Source: Clostridia bacterium (GTDB taxonomy: Bacteria > Pseudomonadota > Gammaproteobacteria > Burkholderiales > SG8-39). From it: a DNA stretch of 52,611 bases. This document shows positions 22,816 through 35,876 of the stretch, piece by piece (the stretch's first letter is position 1; the number at the start of each line of letters is the position of its first letter). The position numbers were made by a program, and so were the translations under genes. The notes under the pieces were generated by a model. That model worked only from the letters and a program-made list of their open reading frames with translations. It ran no database searches and had not been told where the DNA came from. The DNA lies in contig JBLNDP010000021.1 of NCBI GenBank assembly GCA_050261755.1, positions 1 through 52,611 of the forward strand, in the 5' to 3' direction.

Positions 22816-23631
22816 ATGGCGGTATTCCTGAAGACTCCCGAAGACATCGAGCGCATGAGGCTGGCGGGCCGGCTGGCGGGCGAAGTGCTCGACTTCATCG
22901 GCCCGCACGTCAAGGCCGGCGTGACGACGGGCCGGCTGAACGACCTGTGCCACGACTACATGGTGAACGTGCAGAAGACGGTGCCCGCGCCGCTCAACTA
23001 CGCGCCGCCGGGCTACAAGCCCTTCCCCAAGTCCATCTGCACTTCGGTGAACCACCAGGTCTGCCATGGCATCCCGGGCGATCGCGTGCTGAAGAACGGC
23101 GACGTCGTCAACATCGACATCACGGTCATCAAGGACGGCTTCCACGGCGATTCCAGCCGCATGTTTTTCGTGGGGGAGCCCAGCATCCAGGCGCGGCGCC
23201 TCGTGGACGTCACCTACGAGTGCATGTGGCTCGGCATCGCGCAGGTGCGTCCCGGCGCGCGGCTCGGCGACATCGGCGCGGCGATCCAGGCCCACGCGGA
23301 GAGGAATGGCTTCTCCGTCGTGCGCGAGTTCTGCGGCCACGGCATCGGCCGCAACTTCCACGAGGAGCCCCAGGTCCTGCACTACGGCAAGCCGGGGACC
23401 GGGCTCGTGCTCGAGGCCGGCATGACCTTCACCATCGAGCCCATGATCAACGCCGGCCGCCCGGGCATCCGCGAGCTCGCCGACGGCTGGACGATCGTCA
23501 CCAAGGACCACAGCCTTTCCGCGCAGTGGGAGCACACGGTGCTCGTCACGCCTTCGGGCTACGAGGTCCTCACCCGCTCGGCCGGCACGATGGCGCCGCC
23601 GCCGATCGCGGCGCTCGCGCCGGCGGCCTGA
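22816..23631 (+). CDS. map: type I methionine aminopeptidase
   Basis: 271-aa ORF. It shows the metal-ligand context ...[19 protein letters not shown]..., HGIG and TFTIEPM. Confidence 0.95.
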   Translation: MAVFLKTPEDIERMRLAGRLAGEVLDFIGPHVKAGVTTGRLNDLCHDYMVNVQKTVPAPLNYAPPGYKPFPKSICTSVNHQVCHGIPGDRVLKNGDVVNIDITVIKDGFHGDSSRMFFVGEPSIQARRLVDVTYECMWLGIAQVRPGARLGDIGAAIQAHAERNGFSVVREFCGHGIGRNFHEEPQVLHYGKPGTGLVLEAGMTFTIEPMINAGRPGIRELADGWTIVTKDHSLSAQWEHTVLVTPSGYEVLTRSAGTMAPPPIAALAPAA

Positions 23632-23635
23632 GCCG

Positions 23636-26233
23636 GTGAGCGAGACCGCCGCCGCGGGCACGCTCGCGCGCGGGTCCGCAGGCCCGGCCGACCAATGGCG
23701 CCGCGAGCTCGCCTCCGGGCGCCAGGCGCTGAAGGAAGGTTTCCTCTCGGGGAAGGTGCGGAGCAAGGCGCTGCTCAAGCGCCACGCGCACCTCATCGAC
23801 GGCATCGTCAAGTCGGTCTGGCGGCAGGCCGGCCTCGGCGGCAAGGCCGCGCTGGTGGCCACCGGGGGCTACGGGCGAGGCGAGCTCTTTCCGGGCTCGG
23901 ACGTCGACCTCCTCGTCCTGCTGTCGGCGGAACCGTCCGAATCGCAGCGCGGCGCGCTGGAGCGGCTGATCGGGGCCTTCTGGGACATCGGCCTGGAGAT
24001 CGGCCACAGCGTGCGCACGGTGGAAAGCTGCCTGCAGTTCGCGCGCGAGGACATCACCGTCGAGACGGCCCTCCTCGAATCGCGCTTCCTGGCCGGCAGC
24101 AGGCCGCTGTTCCTTTCCTTCAAGAAATCCTTCGACGGGCAGCTGGACGCCGCCGCCTTCCTCAAGGCGAAGATCCTTGAGCAGGAGCAGCGCCACGCGA
24201 AGCACCAGGACACGCCCTTCGCCCTGGAGCCGAACCTCAAGGAAGCGCCCGGCGGCATGCGCGACCTGCAGATCCTGCATTGGGCGGGGATCGCCGCGGG
24301 CTTCGGCGCCGCGTGGAGCGGACTGGCGCAGCACGGCATCATCGAGCCCGACGAGGCGCGGCAGCTCGGGCGCCACGAGGCGGCGGTGGAGGACCTGCGC
24401 ATCCGCCTCCACTACCTCGCCGGGCGCCGCGAGGATCGCGTCGTCTTCGATTTCCAGAACGCCCTCGCGCAGCAATACGGCTACGAGGACAGCGCCGAGC
24501 GGCGCGCGAGCGAGCTGATGATGCAGCAGTACTACCGCGCGGCGAAGACGATCACGCAGCTGAACGCGATCGTGCTGCAGAACCTGCAGGCGCGGCTTTC
24601 GCCGCCGACCGAGGACGTGCGCCGGCCGCTCAACGAGCGCTTCCGCGCGCACGGCGAGCTGCTCGAGGCGGTCGACGAGGGCGTCTTCCAGCGCGAGCCG
24701 ACCGCGATCCTGGAGAGCTTCCTGCTGCTCATGCAGCATGCGGGGCTGCGCGGCATGACCGCTCCCACTCTGCGGGCGTTATGGCGGGCCCGGCTTTCCA
24801 TTGATTCGAAGTTCAGGAAAGACCCGGTCGCGCGGCTGTTGTTCCTGCACATCCTGCAGCAGCCCGACGGGATCGTGCACGAGTTCCGGCGCATGAACCA
24901 GTACGGCATCCTCGGCCGCTACCTTCCCGAGTTCGGCCGCATCGTCGGCCAGATGCAGCACGATCTCTTCCACGTCTACACGGTGGACCAGCACATCCTC
25001 ATGGTGCTGAGGAACGTGCGGCGCTTCACCATGCCGGAGCTCGCGCACGAGTTCCCGCTGTGCAGCGAGCTCATGAGCGGCTTCGAGCGGCACTGGCTGC
25101 TCTACGTGGCGGCCCTGTACCACGACATCGCCAAGGGCCGCGGCGGCGACCATTCCGAGCTCGGCGCGGTCGACGCTCGCAAGTTCTGCCAGCGCCACGG
25201 GCTCTCGAAGGAGGACACCGACCTCGTCGCGTTCCTGGTGGAGAACCACCTGACGATGTCCGCGGTGGCGCAGAAGCAGGACGTGCACGACCCGGAAGTT
25301 GTGCGCGCCTTCGCCGAGCGCGTGAAGACCGAGCGCCGCCTGGCCGCGCTCTACATGCTCACGGTCGCCGACGTGCGCGGCACGAGCCCGAAGGTGTGGA
25401 ACGCCTGGAAGGCGAAGCTCCTCGAGGACCTCTTCCGCGCCACGCGGCGGGTCCTCACCGGCCAGCCGCTCGCGCGCGACGCCGCCCTCGCCGAGAAGCA
25501 GGCCGAGGCGCTGCGCCTGCTGCGCCTGTACGCGCTCTCCGACGGCGTGAAGGACAAGCTCTGGGCGCAGCTCGATACGCCCTACTTCCTGCGCCACGAT
25601 GCCCAGGAGATCGCCTGGCAGACCCGCAACCTCCACTACCGCGTCGAGTCCGACAAGCCGGTCGTGAAGGCGCGCCTCGCGCCGTTCGGCGAGGGGCTGC
25701 AGGTCTTCGTCTACACGAAGGACCGCGCGACGCTCTTCGCCCGCATCTGCGGCAGCTTCGAGCGCGCCGGGTTCAACATCGCCGAGGCGAAGGTGCACAC
25801 GACGCGCAACGGCTACGCGCTCGACACCTTCCTCATCATGGGCCAGGGCCGCGACCACCACTACTCGGACCGGATCGCCGCCATCGAGCACGACCTCGCC
25901 GAGGACGTGCTCGCGCAGGGCGAGCTGCCGCCGCCGGTGGGCGGGCGCCTTTCGCGGCGCGTGCGCCACTTCCCCATCACGCCCTTCATCGACATCCGGC
26001 CCGACGAGCGCGGCGCCTACCATGTGCTGTCGATCGTCGCGAGCGACCGGCCGGGCCTCCTCTACAGCGTGGCGCGCATCCTCACCGCCTACCGCCTCAA
26101 CATCCACACGGCGCGCATCAATACGCTCGGCGATCGCGCGGAGGACGTCTTCCTCGTGTCGGGCGAGGCCTTGACCAACTCGAAGACGGTGCTGCAGATC
26201 GAGCAGGACCTGGTGAAGGCCCTGCAGGTCTAG
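23636..26233 (+). CDS. glnD: [protein-PII] uridylyltransferase/uridylyl-removing enzyme
   Basis: 865-aa ORF with a GTG start. It contains a nucleotidyltransferase region ([19 protein letters not shown]), an HD domain ([14 protein letters not shown]) and two C-terminal ACT-like regions. Confidence 0.94.
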   Translation: MSETAAAGTLARGSAGPADQWRRELASGRQALKEGFLSGKVRSKALLKRHAHLIDGIVKSVWRQAGLGGKAALVATGGYGRGELFPGSDVDLLVLLSAEPSESQRGALERLIGAFWDIGLEIGHSVRTVESCLQFAREDITVETALLESRFLAGSRPLFLSFKKSFDGQLDAAAFLKAKILEQEQRHAKHQDTPFALEPNLKEAPGGMRDLQILHWAGIAAGFGAAWSGLAQHGIIEPDEARQLGRHEAAVEDLRIRLHYLAGRREDRVVFDFQNALAQQYGYEDSAERRASELMMQQYYRAAKTITQLNAIVLQNLQARLSPPTEDVRRPLNERFRAHGELLEAVDEGVFQREPTAILESFLLLMQHAGLRGMTAPTLRALWRARLSIDSKFRKDPVARLLFLHILQQPDGIVHEFRRMNQYGILGRYLPEFGRIVGQMQHDLFHVYTVDQHILMVLRNVRRFTMPELAHEFPLCSELMSGFERHWLLYVAALYHDIAKGRGGDHSELGAVDARKFCQRHGLSKEDTDLVAFLVENHLTMSAVAQKQDVHDPEVVRAFAERVKTERRLAALYMLTVADVRGTSPKVWNAWKAKLLEDLFRATRRVLTGQPLARDAALAEKQAEALRLLRLYALSDGVKDKLWAQLDTPYFLRHDAQEIAWQTRNLHYRVESDKPVVKARLAPFGEGLQVFVYTKDRATLFARICGSFERAGFNIAEAKVHTTRNGYALDTFLIMGQGRDHHYSDRIAAIEHDLAEDVLAQGELPPPVGGRLSRRVRHFPITPFIDIRPDERGAYHVLSIVASDRPGLLYSVARILTAYRLNIHTARINTLGDRAEDVFLVSGEALTNSKTVLQIEQDLVKALQV

Positions 26234-26763
26234 TCCTCGGGCGGGAGGTCCTCGCCCGGGAAAAGCGCCTCGTTGAAGCCGAACTTGGTCATGTCGCGCA
26301 CCCGCATCGGGTAGAGGATGCCGTCGAGGTGGTCGACCTCGTGCTGCACCACCCGGGCGTGGAAGCCTTCCACGTCTCTCTTGAAGCTTTTTCCGGATTC
26401 ATCGAAGCCCGAGTAGCGCAAGCGCTTGAACCTCGGCACCCAGCCGCGCATTCCGGGCACGGAAAGGCAGCCCTCCCATCCCTCCTCTTCATCCATGGAT
26501 AGGGGAGTCAGCCTGGGGTTGATGAGCACCGTGTCGGGAACCGGCTCGATATCGGGATAGCGGGGATTGGAGGTGACGCCGAAAATGACGACGCGCAAGC
26601 TCACGCCGATCTGCGGCGCGGCGAGCCCCGCGCCGTTCAGGTGCGCCATGGTGTCTCGCATGTCGGCCAGCAGCGCCGCGAGCTCCGGCGTGCCGAACTT
26701 TTCCACCGGCTTCGCCTTCTGGAGCAGGATGGGATCGCCCATCCTCAGGACCGGGCGGATCAT
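26230..26763 (-). CDS. def: peptide deformylase
   Basis: This is the C-terminal 177 aa of track ORF 26230..27222, starting [17 protein letters not shown]. It carries the three PDF motifs [16 protein letters not shown] and [11 protein letters not shown] 26763 overlaps the upstream gene's stop (ATGA). Confidence 0.93.
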   Translation of the reverse strand: MIRPVLRMGDPILLQKAKPVEKFGTPELAALLADMRDTMAHLNGAGLAAPQIGVSLRVVIFGVTSNPRYPDIEPVPDTVLINPRLTPLSMDEEEGWEGCLSVPGMRGWVPRFKRLRYSGFDESGKSFKRDVEGFHARVVQHEVDHLDGILYPMRVRDMTKFGFNEALFPGEDLPPED

Positions 26764-27497
26764 CCCTTGCAGAACGCGTCGATCACGCGCCGCACGCGGC
26801 CCATCGACTCGGCGAGCACCGCCTCGATCTTGTCGAGCGGGATCGCGTGCTCGCTGTCGCCGCGGCCGGCGGCGAAATTGGCGATCACGGCGATCGCCGC
26901 GTATTCCAGGCTGATCTCGCGCGCGAGAACGGCCTCCGGCATGCCGGTCATGCCGACGATGTCGCAGCCGTCGCGCTCGAGGCGCGTGATCTCCGCCGCC
27001 GTCTCCAGGCGCGGCCCCTGCGTGGCGCCGTAGACGGCGCGGTCGACGACCCGCTCGCCGCAGCGGTCCGCCGCCGCGAGCAGCTGCCGCCGCAGGGACT
27101 CGGTATAAGGCTCGGTGAAGTCGACGTGATTCACCGGCACGCCCGTCCCCTCGAAGTAGGTGGAAGGACGTCCCCAGGTGTAGTCGACCACCTGGTGAGG
27201 CAGCACGAGAACCCCCGGCCACAGGTCCTTGCGGATTCCCCCGACCGATGCGACCGAGACGACGCGCGTCGCTCCGGTGTCCTTGAGCGCCCAGAGATTC
27301 GCGCGATAGTTCACCTGGTGCGGCGCGATCGTGTGGCCGTAGCCGTGGCGCGCGAGGAACATGACCTCGTGGTCGGCGATGCGCCCCAGCGTCAGCGGAC
27401 CGGAGGGCTCGCCGTAGGGCGTGCGCACCACCTTGCGCTGGCTCACTTCGAGGTTGCCGAGCTGCGACAGGCCGCTGCCGCCGATGATGGCCAGCAT
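26760..27497 (-). CDS. S-methyl-5'-thioinosine/5'-methylthioadenosine phosphorylase (PNP family 2, 245 aa)
   Basis: This is the C-terminal 245 aa of track ORF 26760..27785: [13 protein letters not shown]...[25 protein letters not shown]...[17 protein letters not shown]. The length and sequence resemble the short proteobacterial MTI phosphorylase type. Its ATG shares 1 nt with the hpt stop (TGATG). Confidence 0.85.
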   Translation of the reverse strand: MLAIIGGSGLSQLGNLEVSQRKVVRTPYGEPSGPLTLGRIADHEVMFLARHGYGHTIAPHQVNYRANLWALKDTGATRVVSVASVGGIRKDLWPGVLVLPHQVVDYTWGRPSTYFEGTGVPVNHVDFTEPYTESLRRQLLAAADRCGERVVDRAVYGATQGPRLETAAEITRLERDGCDIVGMTGMPEAVLAREISLEYAAIAVIANFAAGRGDSEHAIPLDKIEAVLAESMGRVRRVIDAFCKG

Positions 27498-28045
27498 CAA
27501 GTCCCCTTCATCGCCCGGATTTCCGGGAGGTTGCGCCAGTAGCCCTTCGCGTCCATGCCGCAGCCGAAGACGAAGCGATCCGGGATGGTGAGACCCACGA
27601 AATCGGCGTGGATGGGCTTTTGCTTCGCCAGCCTCTTCTCCACCAGCACGGCGCAGTGGAAGGAACGCGCGCCCAGCTCGAGGAGGCGGTCGCGGATCGC
27701 GGCCATCGTGTCGCCGGCGTCCAGGATGTCGTCCAGCACGAGGACGTCGCGGCCTTCCACGCCTTTCGGCGGCGTGACGCGCCATTCGAGCTGCGCGCCG
27801 CGCGTCGCCGAGCCGTAGCGCGAGGCATGGATGTAGTCGAAGTCGATCGGGAAGCGCAGCTTCGGCAGGATCTGGCCGGCGAAGACGATCGCGCCGCCCA
27901 TGACGGCGAGCACGAGCGGATAGGACTCGCGCAGCTTGCTGTCGATCTCGGCGGCGAGGCGCTCGACGGCGGCCCGGACCTCCTGCTCGCTCGACACGAG
28001 GTCGGACTCGCGCAAGAAATCCCAGGCCTCTTTCGGCTCAGGCAT
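27497..28045 (-). CDS. hpt: hypoxanthine(-guanine) phosphoribosyltransferase
   Basis: 182-aa ORF with the PRPP-binding motif [15 protein letters not shown]. Confidence 0.88.
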   Translation of the reverse strand: MPEPKEAWDFLRESDLVSSEQEVRAAVERLAAEIDSKLRESYPLVLAVMGGAIVFAGQILPKLRFPIDFDYIHASRYGSATRGAQLEWRVTPPKGVEGRDVLVLDDILDAGDTMAAIRDRLLELGARSFHCAVLVEKRLAKQKPIHADFVGLTIPDRFVFGCGMDAKGYWRNLPEIRAMKGT

Positions 28046-28064
28046 GGGCGAAGTTTACTAAGAA

Positions 28065-28934
28065 CTACGAGCGGGACTTCAGGAACTTGGCGAAATCGGC
28101 GCCGACCTCGGGATGGCGCAGGCCGAGCTCCACCGTCGCCTGCAGGTAGCCGAGCTTCGAGCCGCAGTCGAAGCGGCGCCCGGGCAGGCGCACGGCAAAC
28201 ACGCGCTCGTGCCCGAGGAGCGCGGAGATCGCGTCGGTGAGCTGGATCTCGCCGCCGGCGCCCGGCGTCACTTCCCCGAGGAGGTCGAAGACGCGCGGCG
28301 TGAGGACGTAGCGGCCGATCACGGCGAGGTTGGACGGCGCGTCGGCCGGCTTCGGCTTCTCGATGATGCTATGGATGCGCGCGATGTCGCCCTGCATCTT
28401 GTCGACCGTGACGATGCCGTAGCTCTGCGTCTGGTCGCGCGGCACCTCCTCCACGCCGAGCAGCGACGAGCCTTCGCGCGCGAACACCTGCGCCATGCGC
28501 GCCATGGCGGGCGGCTGGGAGTCCATGAGGTCGTCGGCCAGGATGACGGCGAAGGGCTCGTACCCCACGGCAGGCTGCGCGCAGAGCACCGCATGCCCGA
28601 GCCCGAGCGGCTCGGCCTGGCGGATGTAGATGCAGCGCACGCCTTCGGGGAGCACCGACCGGACCATGTCCAGCAGGACGTCCTTGCCCTTGCGCTCGAG
28701 CTCCGTCTCGAGCTCGTAGGCCTTGTCGAAATGGTCCTCGATGGCGCGCTTGTTGCGGCCGGTGACGAAGACCATCTCCGTGATTCCGGCCGCCGCCGCT
28801 TCCTCGACGGCGTACTGGATGAGCGGCTTGTCGACGATCGGCAGCATTTCCTTGGGGCTGGCCTTCGTCACGGGAAGGAAGCGGCTGCCGAGGCCGGCGA
28901 CGGGGAAGACGGCTTTCCTGAGCTTGGCGTGCAT
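28065..28934 (-). CDS. galU: UTP--glucose-1-phosphate uridylyltransferase
   Basis: 289-aa [38 protein letters not shown].... Confidence 0.94.
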   Translation of the reverse strand: MHAKLRKAVFPVAGLGSRFLPVTKASPKEMLPIVDKPLIQYAVEEAAAAGITEMVFVTGRNKRAIEDHFDKAYELETELERKGKDVLLDMVRSVLPEGVRCIYIRQAEPLGLGHAVLCAQPAVGYEPFAVILADDLMDSQPPAMARMAQVFAREGSSLLGVEEVPRDQTQSYGIVTVDKMQGDIARIHSIIEKPKPADAPSNLAVIGRYVLTPRVFDLLGEVTPGAGGEIQLTDAISALLGHERVFAVRLPGRRFDCGSKLGYLQATVELGLRHPEVGADFAKFLKSRS

Positions 28935-28936
28935 GC

Positions 28937-31908
<2,972 letters not shown>

Positions 31909-31918
31909 GGGCGGCGGC

Positions 31919-34900
31919 TCAGGCTGCGAGCTCCTCCCGGATGCGCAGCGCCTCGTCGATGTCGACGGCGACGACGCGCGAGACGCCGGACTCGGGCATC
32001 GTGACGCCGATCAGCTGCTCCGCCATCTCCATGGAGATCTTGTTGTGGCTGATGAAGAGGAACTGCGTCTGGGCGGACATCTTGCGCACCAGGTCGCAGA
32101 AGCGCGTCGTGTTCGAGTCGTCGAGCGGCGCGTCCACCTCGTCCAGCAGGCAGAACGGCGCCGGGTTGAGCTGGAACATGGAAAAGACGAGCGAGATGGC
32201 GGTGCGCGCCTTCTCGCCGCCGGACAGCAGGTGGATGCTGCTGTTGCGCTTGCCGGGCGGGTGCGCCATGACCTGCACGCCGGCGTCGAGAATCTCCTCG
32301 CCGGTCATGATGAGCTTCGCCTCGCCGCCGCCGAAGAGCGCCGGGAAGAGCGAGCCGAAGTGGCGGTTGACGCTCTCGAAGGTCTCCTTCAGGAGCTCGC
32401 GCGTTTCCTTGTCGATCTTGCGGATCGCGTCTTCCAGGGTGCGCACCGCCTCCTCGAGGTCGGTGGCCTGGGAGTCGAGGAAGCCCTTGCGCTCCTTGCT
32501 CGTCGCCAGCTCTTCGAGCGCGGCGAGGTTCACCGCGCCGAGCTCGCTGATCGACTGCGTGAGGCGCGTGATCTCGCCCTGCAACGTCGAGGGCCGCGGG
32601 GCTTCCTGCGCCGCCGCCGCGAGCAGGGCCTCGTCGGCGTTTGCCTCGCGCAGCTGGCCGTCGAACTGCTCGGCGTTCAGCTGCGCCGCCTGCTCCTTGA
32701 GCTTCAGCTCGCCCAATCGCTCGCGCAGCGGCACGACCTTCGAGTCGCTCTGCAGCCGCTTCTCCTCCAGCTCGCGCAGCGCGTTGGCGGCCGCCTCGAC
32801 CGCGTCGCGCGCCTGCGCCAGCTCTTTCTCGCAGACGATCCTTTGCTGGACGGCGACTTCGAGCGCCTCGCGCACCGCCGGGATGGGATCGGCGGCGAGC
32901 TCCTCGGTCAGCTTCACGATCTCGGCGTCGGCGCGCTCGATCTGCTGGTCGATCACCTTCACCGAGTTGTCGATCTCGCTGATCTTCGAGGTGCACTCGC
33001 GCTCGCCGAAGACGGCGTCCTGCGCGTCGCGCTCGGCCTGCTGCACGGCCCGGCGCTGCTCGGCGAGCGCCGTCTCCGCGGCGATGTGCGCCTCTCGCGC
33101 GGCTTCCAGCTGGCGCCGTGCCTCGACGATGGCGGCCTCGATTCCTTGCAGCTTGGCGCGCGCGTCGGCGAGCGCCTGCGCGCCCGCCTGCCGCTCGCGG
33201 CTCACTTCGGAGAGGTCGGATTGCAGCTGGTCGTGCAGCTCGCGGTAACGCTGCTCGGCCTGGGCATGCTTCAGCTGCTCGATCTGCGCCTCGTGGTGCG
33301 CCTTCTGTCGCTCGCTGACGTCGCCGCGCGTTCCCTCGAGGGCAGCGGTACGCGACGCGAGATCGCTTTCGGCCTTCTCCAGGGATTCCTTTTGCGACGC
33401 CAGGCGCGAGCTCAGCTCATCGCAGTGGCGTTGCAGGTCTTCGATCTCCGCCTGGCGCGAGAGCACGCCGGCGTCGCCCGCATCCTGGGCGTGGAAGCTC
33501 ACGGTGTGGTGCGTGAACTGGTCGCCTGCGCGGTTCACGAGCACGCCGCCGGCCGGCAGCGAAGCCCGAAGGGAAGCCTCCGGCGTCCCGTCGACCGCGA
33601 ACACCCCGTGCAGCCAGTCGGAAAGCGCGCCAGAGATGGCCGCTTCGGAGGCGTGCACCTTGCTCGCCAGTGCGACGAAGCCGGCGGTCGTCTCCATCGG
33701 GGCCGCCCCGGTCCCGCCAAAGACGGCAGCCTTGGCAGACGGATGGTCGGAAAGGAGCGCGGCCAGCCGTCCGGGCTCGCTGACCTCGACCGCATGCAGC
33801 CGCTCGCGCAGCACCGACTCCACGGCGGTCTCCCAGCCGTGCTCGATGCGAAGCTTCTGCCACAGGCGGGGCAGCGAGGCGAGGCCGTGCCTGCCCTGCC
33901 ATTCCTTCAGCTTGGCGTCGTTGCCCGCCGCCTCCTGCACTTGCCGCAGGGTGGCGAGCTGCGCGCCGGCGCCGGCATGGTCGCGCTCGGCCTGGGCAAG
34001 AGCCTCCGCCGCAGCAGCGCGCTGATCCTCGGCAGCGGCGCACTCCGCCTGCAGCGCCTCGACCGACGCTTGGGCGGCCTCGACCGCGGCCGCGAGCTCG
34101 GCCAGGCGGCGCGCAAGCGCTTCGCTCGCCGCCGCGTCCGGGGCCTCCAACGTCTGCAGCTCGCCCTGGAGCCGCTGCTCGCGCTGCTCCAGCGCCTGCC
34201 GCGCCCGCTCGAGGTGCTCGACGTTCGCCTGCTCGAGCTGGAGCCGGCTTTCCGCCTGGATCACCGCGGCGCGGGTTTCGTTCAGCCGCTCCTGCGCGGA
34301 GCGGAAAGTCGATTCGGCCTGGGGCAGCCGCGCGTTCTGCTCTTCGAGGACCTGCTTCTTGCGGGCGACGTTGTCCTTGGCGCTGCCCGAGCGCGAGGCC
34401 CACATGTGCAGGGCCTGGGTGAGCTGCGAGCGCTGCTCGCGCCAGCTGGCGAGCTGCGCCCGGCGCTCCGTATGCTGGCTCTCCAGGCGCTGGCGCGTTT
34501 CTTCCGCGTGCCGCAGCTCCGACTCGTGCCGCGCCACCTCCGCGTTCGCCGCGTAGAGCTCTGCCTGCGCGGTATTCAGCTTGTCGCCAGTAGCGTAGTG
34601 CGCGCTGCGGGCCGTTTCCACGCGCGACTCGATGCTGCGCAGCTCCGCGGTCTCGCCTTCGAGCTCGTTGGTCGTCCTGGCGATGTCCGCGGCGTGACGC
34701 TCGCGGTCGGCGGCGGCGTCGCGCCTGCGCAGGAACCAGAGCAGGTGCTGCTTGAGCTGCAGGTCGGACTGGAACTCCTTGTAGCGCGAGGCGATTTGCG
34801 CCTGCGCTTCCAGCTTCTCCAGCTGCGCGCCGAGCTCGAGGCGGATGTCGGTGATGCGTGCCAGGTTCTCGCGCGTGTCGGCGAGCCGGTTCTCCGTCTC

Positions 34901-35434
34901 GCGCCGGCGCTCCTTGTACTTGGAGACGCCCGCCGCTTCCTCGAGGAATACGCGCAGCTCCTCGGGCTTCGCCTCGATGACGCGCGAGATCATGCCCTGC
35001 TCGATGATCGCGTAGGCGCGCGGGCCGAGGCCGGTGCCGAGGAAGATGTCCTGGATGTCGCGCCGGCGCACGTGCGTGCCGTTGATGTAGTAGGACGACT
35101 CGCCGTCGCGCTGCAGGACGCGCTTGACGGAGATCTCCGCGTACTGCGACCACTGCCCGCCGGCGCGGCCGAGCGAGTTATCGAAGACGAGCTCCACGGA
35201 GCACCGGGCGAGCGGCTGGCGGTTCGCCGAGCCGTTGAAGATCACGTCCTGCATCGAGTCGCCGCGCAACGCCGAGGCGCGCGACTCGCCGAGCACCCAG
35301 CGCACGGCGTCGATGACGTTCGACTTGCCGCATCCATTGGGGCCGACGACGCCGACCAGCTGGCCCGGGACGTGGATGCTTGTTGGATCGACGAAGGACT
35401 TGAATCCGGAGAGCTTCAGTTGGGTCAGTCGCAC
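31919..35434 (-). CDS. smc: chromosome segregation protein SMC
   Basis: Track ORF 31919..35533. GTG 35434 gives the canonical N-terminus VRLTQLKLSGFKSFVDPTSIHVPGQLVGVVGPNGCGKSN (Walker A). The protein has long coiled coils and a hinge, plus the C-terminal LSGGEK signature and Walker B FCLLDEVDAPLD. Length is 1171 aa. Confidence 0.95.
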   Translation of the reverse strand: MRLTQLKLSGFKSFVDPTSIHVPGQLVGVVGPNGCGKSNVIDAVRWVLGESRASALRGDSMQDVIFNGSANRQPLARCSVELVFDNSLGRAGGQWSQYAEISVKRVLQRDGESSYYINGTHVRRRDIQDIFLGTGLGPRAYAIIEQGMISRVIEAKPEELRVFLEEAAGVSKYKERRRETENRLADTRENLARITDIRLELGAQLEKLEAQAQIASRYKEFQSDLQLKQHLLWFLRRRDAAADRERHAADIARTTNELEGETAELRSIESRVETARSAHYATGDKLNTAQAELYAANAEVARHESELRHAEETRQRLESQHTERRAQLASWREQRSQLTQALHMWASRSGSAKDNVARKKQVLEEQNARLPQAESTFRSAQERLNETRAAVIQAESRLQLEQANVEHLERARQALEQREQRLQGELQTLEAPDAAASEALARRLAELAAAVEAAQASVEALQAECAAAEDQRAAAAEALAQAERDHAGAGAQLATLRQVQEAAGNDAKLKEWQGRHGLASLPRLWQKLRIEHGWETAVESVLRERLHAVEVSEPGRLAALLSDHPSAKAAVFGGTGAAPMETTAGFVALASKVHASEAAISGALSDWLHGVFAVDGTPEASLRASLPAGGVLVNRAGDQFTHHTVSFHAQDAGDAGVLSRQAEIEDLQRHCDELSSRLASQKESLEKAESDLASRTAALEGTRGDVSERQKAHHEAQIEQLKHAQAEQRYRELHDQLQSDLSEVSRERQAGAQALADARAKLQGIEAAIVEARRQLEAAREAHIAAETALAEQRRAVQQAERDAQDAVFGERECTSKISEIDNSVKVIDQQIERADAEIVKLTEELAADPIPAVREALEVAVQQRIVCEKELAQARDAVEAAANALRELEEKRLQSDSKVVPLRERLGELKLKEQAAQLNAEQFDGQLREANADEALLAAAAQEAPRPSTLQGEITRLTQSISELGAVNLAALEELATSKERKGFLDSQATDLEEAVRTLEDAIRKIDKETRELLKETFESVNRHFGSLFPALFGGGEAKLIMTGEEILDAGVQVMAHPPGKRNSSIHLLSGGEKARTAISLVFSMFQLNPAPFCLLDEVDAPLDDSNTTRFCDLVRKMSAQTQFLFISHNKISMEMAEQLIGVTMPESGVSRVVAVDIDEALRIREELAA

Positions 35435-35440
35435 GCGAAA

Positions 35441-35449
35441 ATGATAACA
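35441..35449 (-). promoter_or_regulatory. extended -10-like element immediately upstream of the smc start
   Basis: The minus strand reads TGtTATCAT, and the -10 hexamer ends 6 nt before GTG 35434. No SD-like purine run lies between them. Confidence 0.3.
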
Positions 35450-35492
35450 TCTGCGCCGCACAAATCGGCTCGTTTTTCCCTCGGTTCCTCCG

Positions 35493-35876
35493 GTGCCTTC
35501 GCGTCCGAGCAAGCGTCTCGAAACGTTTCCCAATCCCGCGCCCGAGCGCGACTACCGGATCCGCATGGAGATCCCGGAATTCACTTGCCTGTGCCCGAAG
35601 ACCGGCCAGCCGGACTTCGCGACGCTGCAGCTCGAATACATTCCGGACCGCAAGTGCGTGGAGCTGAAGTCGCTCAAGCTCTACGTCTGGTCCTTCCGGG
35701 ACGAAGGCGCATTCCACGAGGCCGTGACCAACCGCATCGCCGACGATCTCGTGCGCGCCACGCAGCCGCGCTACCTGCGCCTCGAGGCGCGCTTCAACGT
35801 GCGCGGCGGAATCTACACATCCGTCGTCGCCGAGCACCGCAAGAAAGGCTGGAAGGCGCAAGAGGCAGGGGCTTGA
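35493..35876 (+). CDS. queF: NADPH-dependent 7-cyano-7-deazaguanine (preQ0) reductase, small type I
   Basis: 127-aa ORF with a GTG start. It contains the QueF motif region [26 protein letters not shown]....[14 protein letters not shown]. Confidence 0.9.
   Translation: MPSRPSKRLETFPNPAPERDYRIRMEIPEFTCLCPKTGQPDFATLQLEYIPDRKCVELKSLKLYVWSFRDEGAFHEAVTNRIADDLVRATQPRYLRLEARFNVRGGIYTSVVAEHRKKGWKAQEAGA

Noticed and set aside
22672-23862. The N-terminal 397 codons of track ORF 21922..23862 (upstream extension of rpsB). The similar N-terminal extensions of 16974..18794 (dxr), 26230..27222 (def) and 26760..27785 (phosphorylase) belong to the same class.
   Set aside because: The extensions run through the neighbouring genes (antisense to map, or out of frame over cdsA, the phosphorylase gene and hpt). 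The homologous proteins begin at internal starts that have an SD or an ATGA/GTGA coupling signal.
35435-35492. A preQ1 riboswitch upstream of queF.
   Set aside because: The 58-nt spacer lacks the small hairpin plus A-rich tail (AAAAAACUA-like) of preQ1-I, and it is too short and too C/U-rich for preQ1-II or preQ1-III. It is also shared with the divergent smc start.
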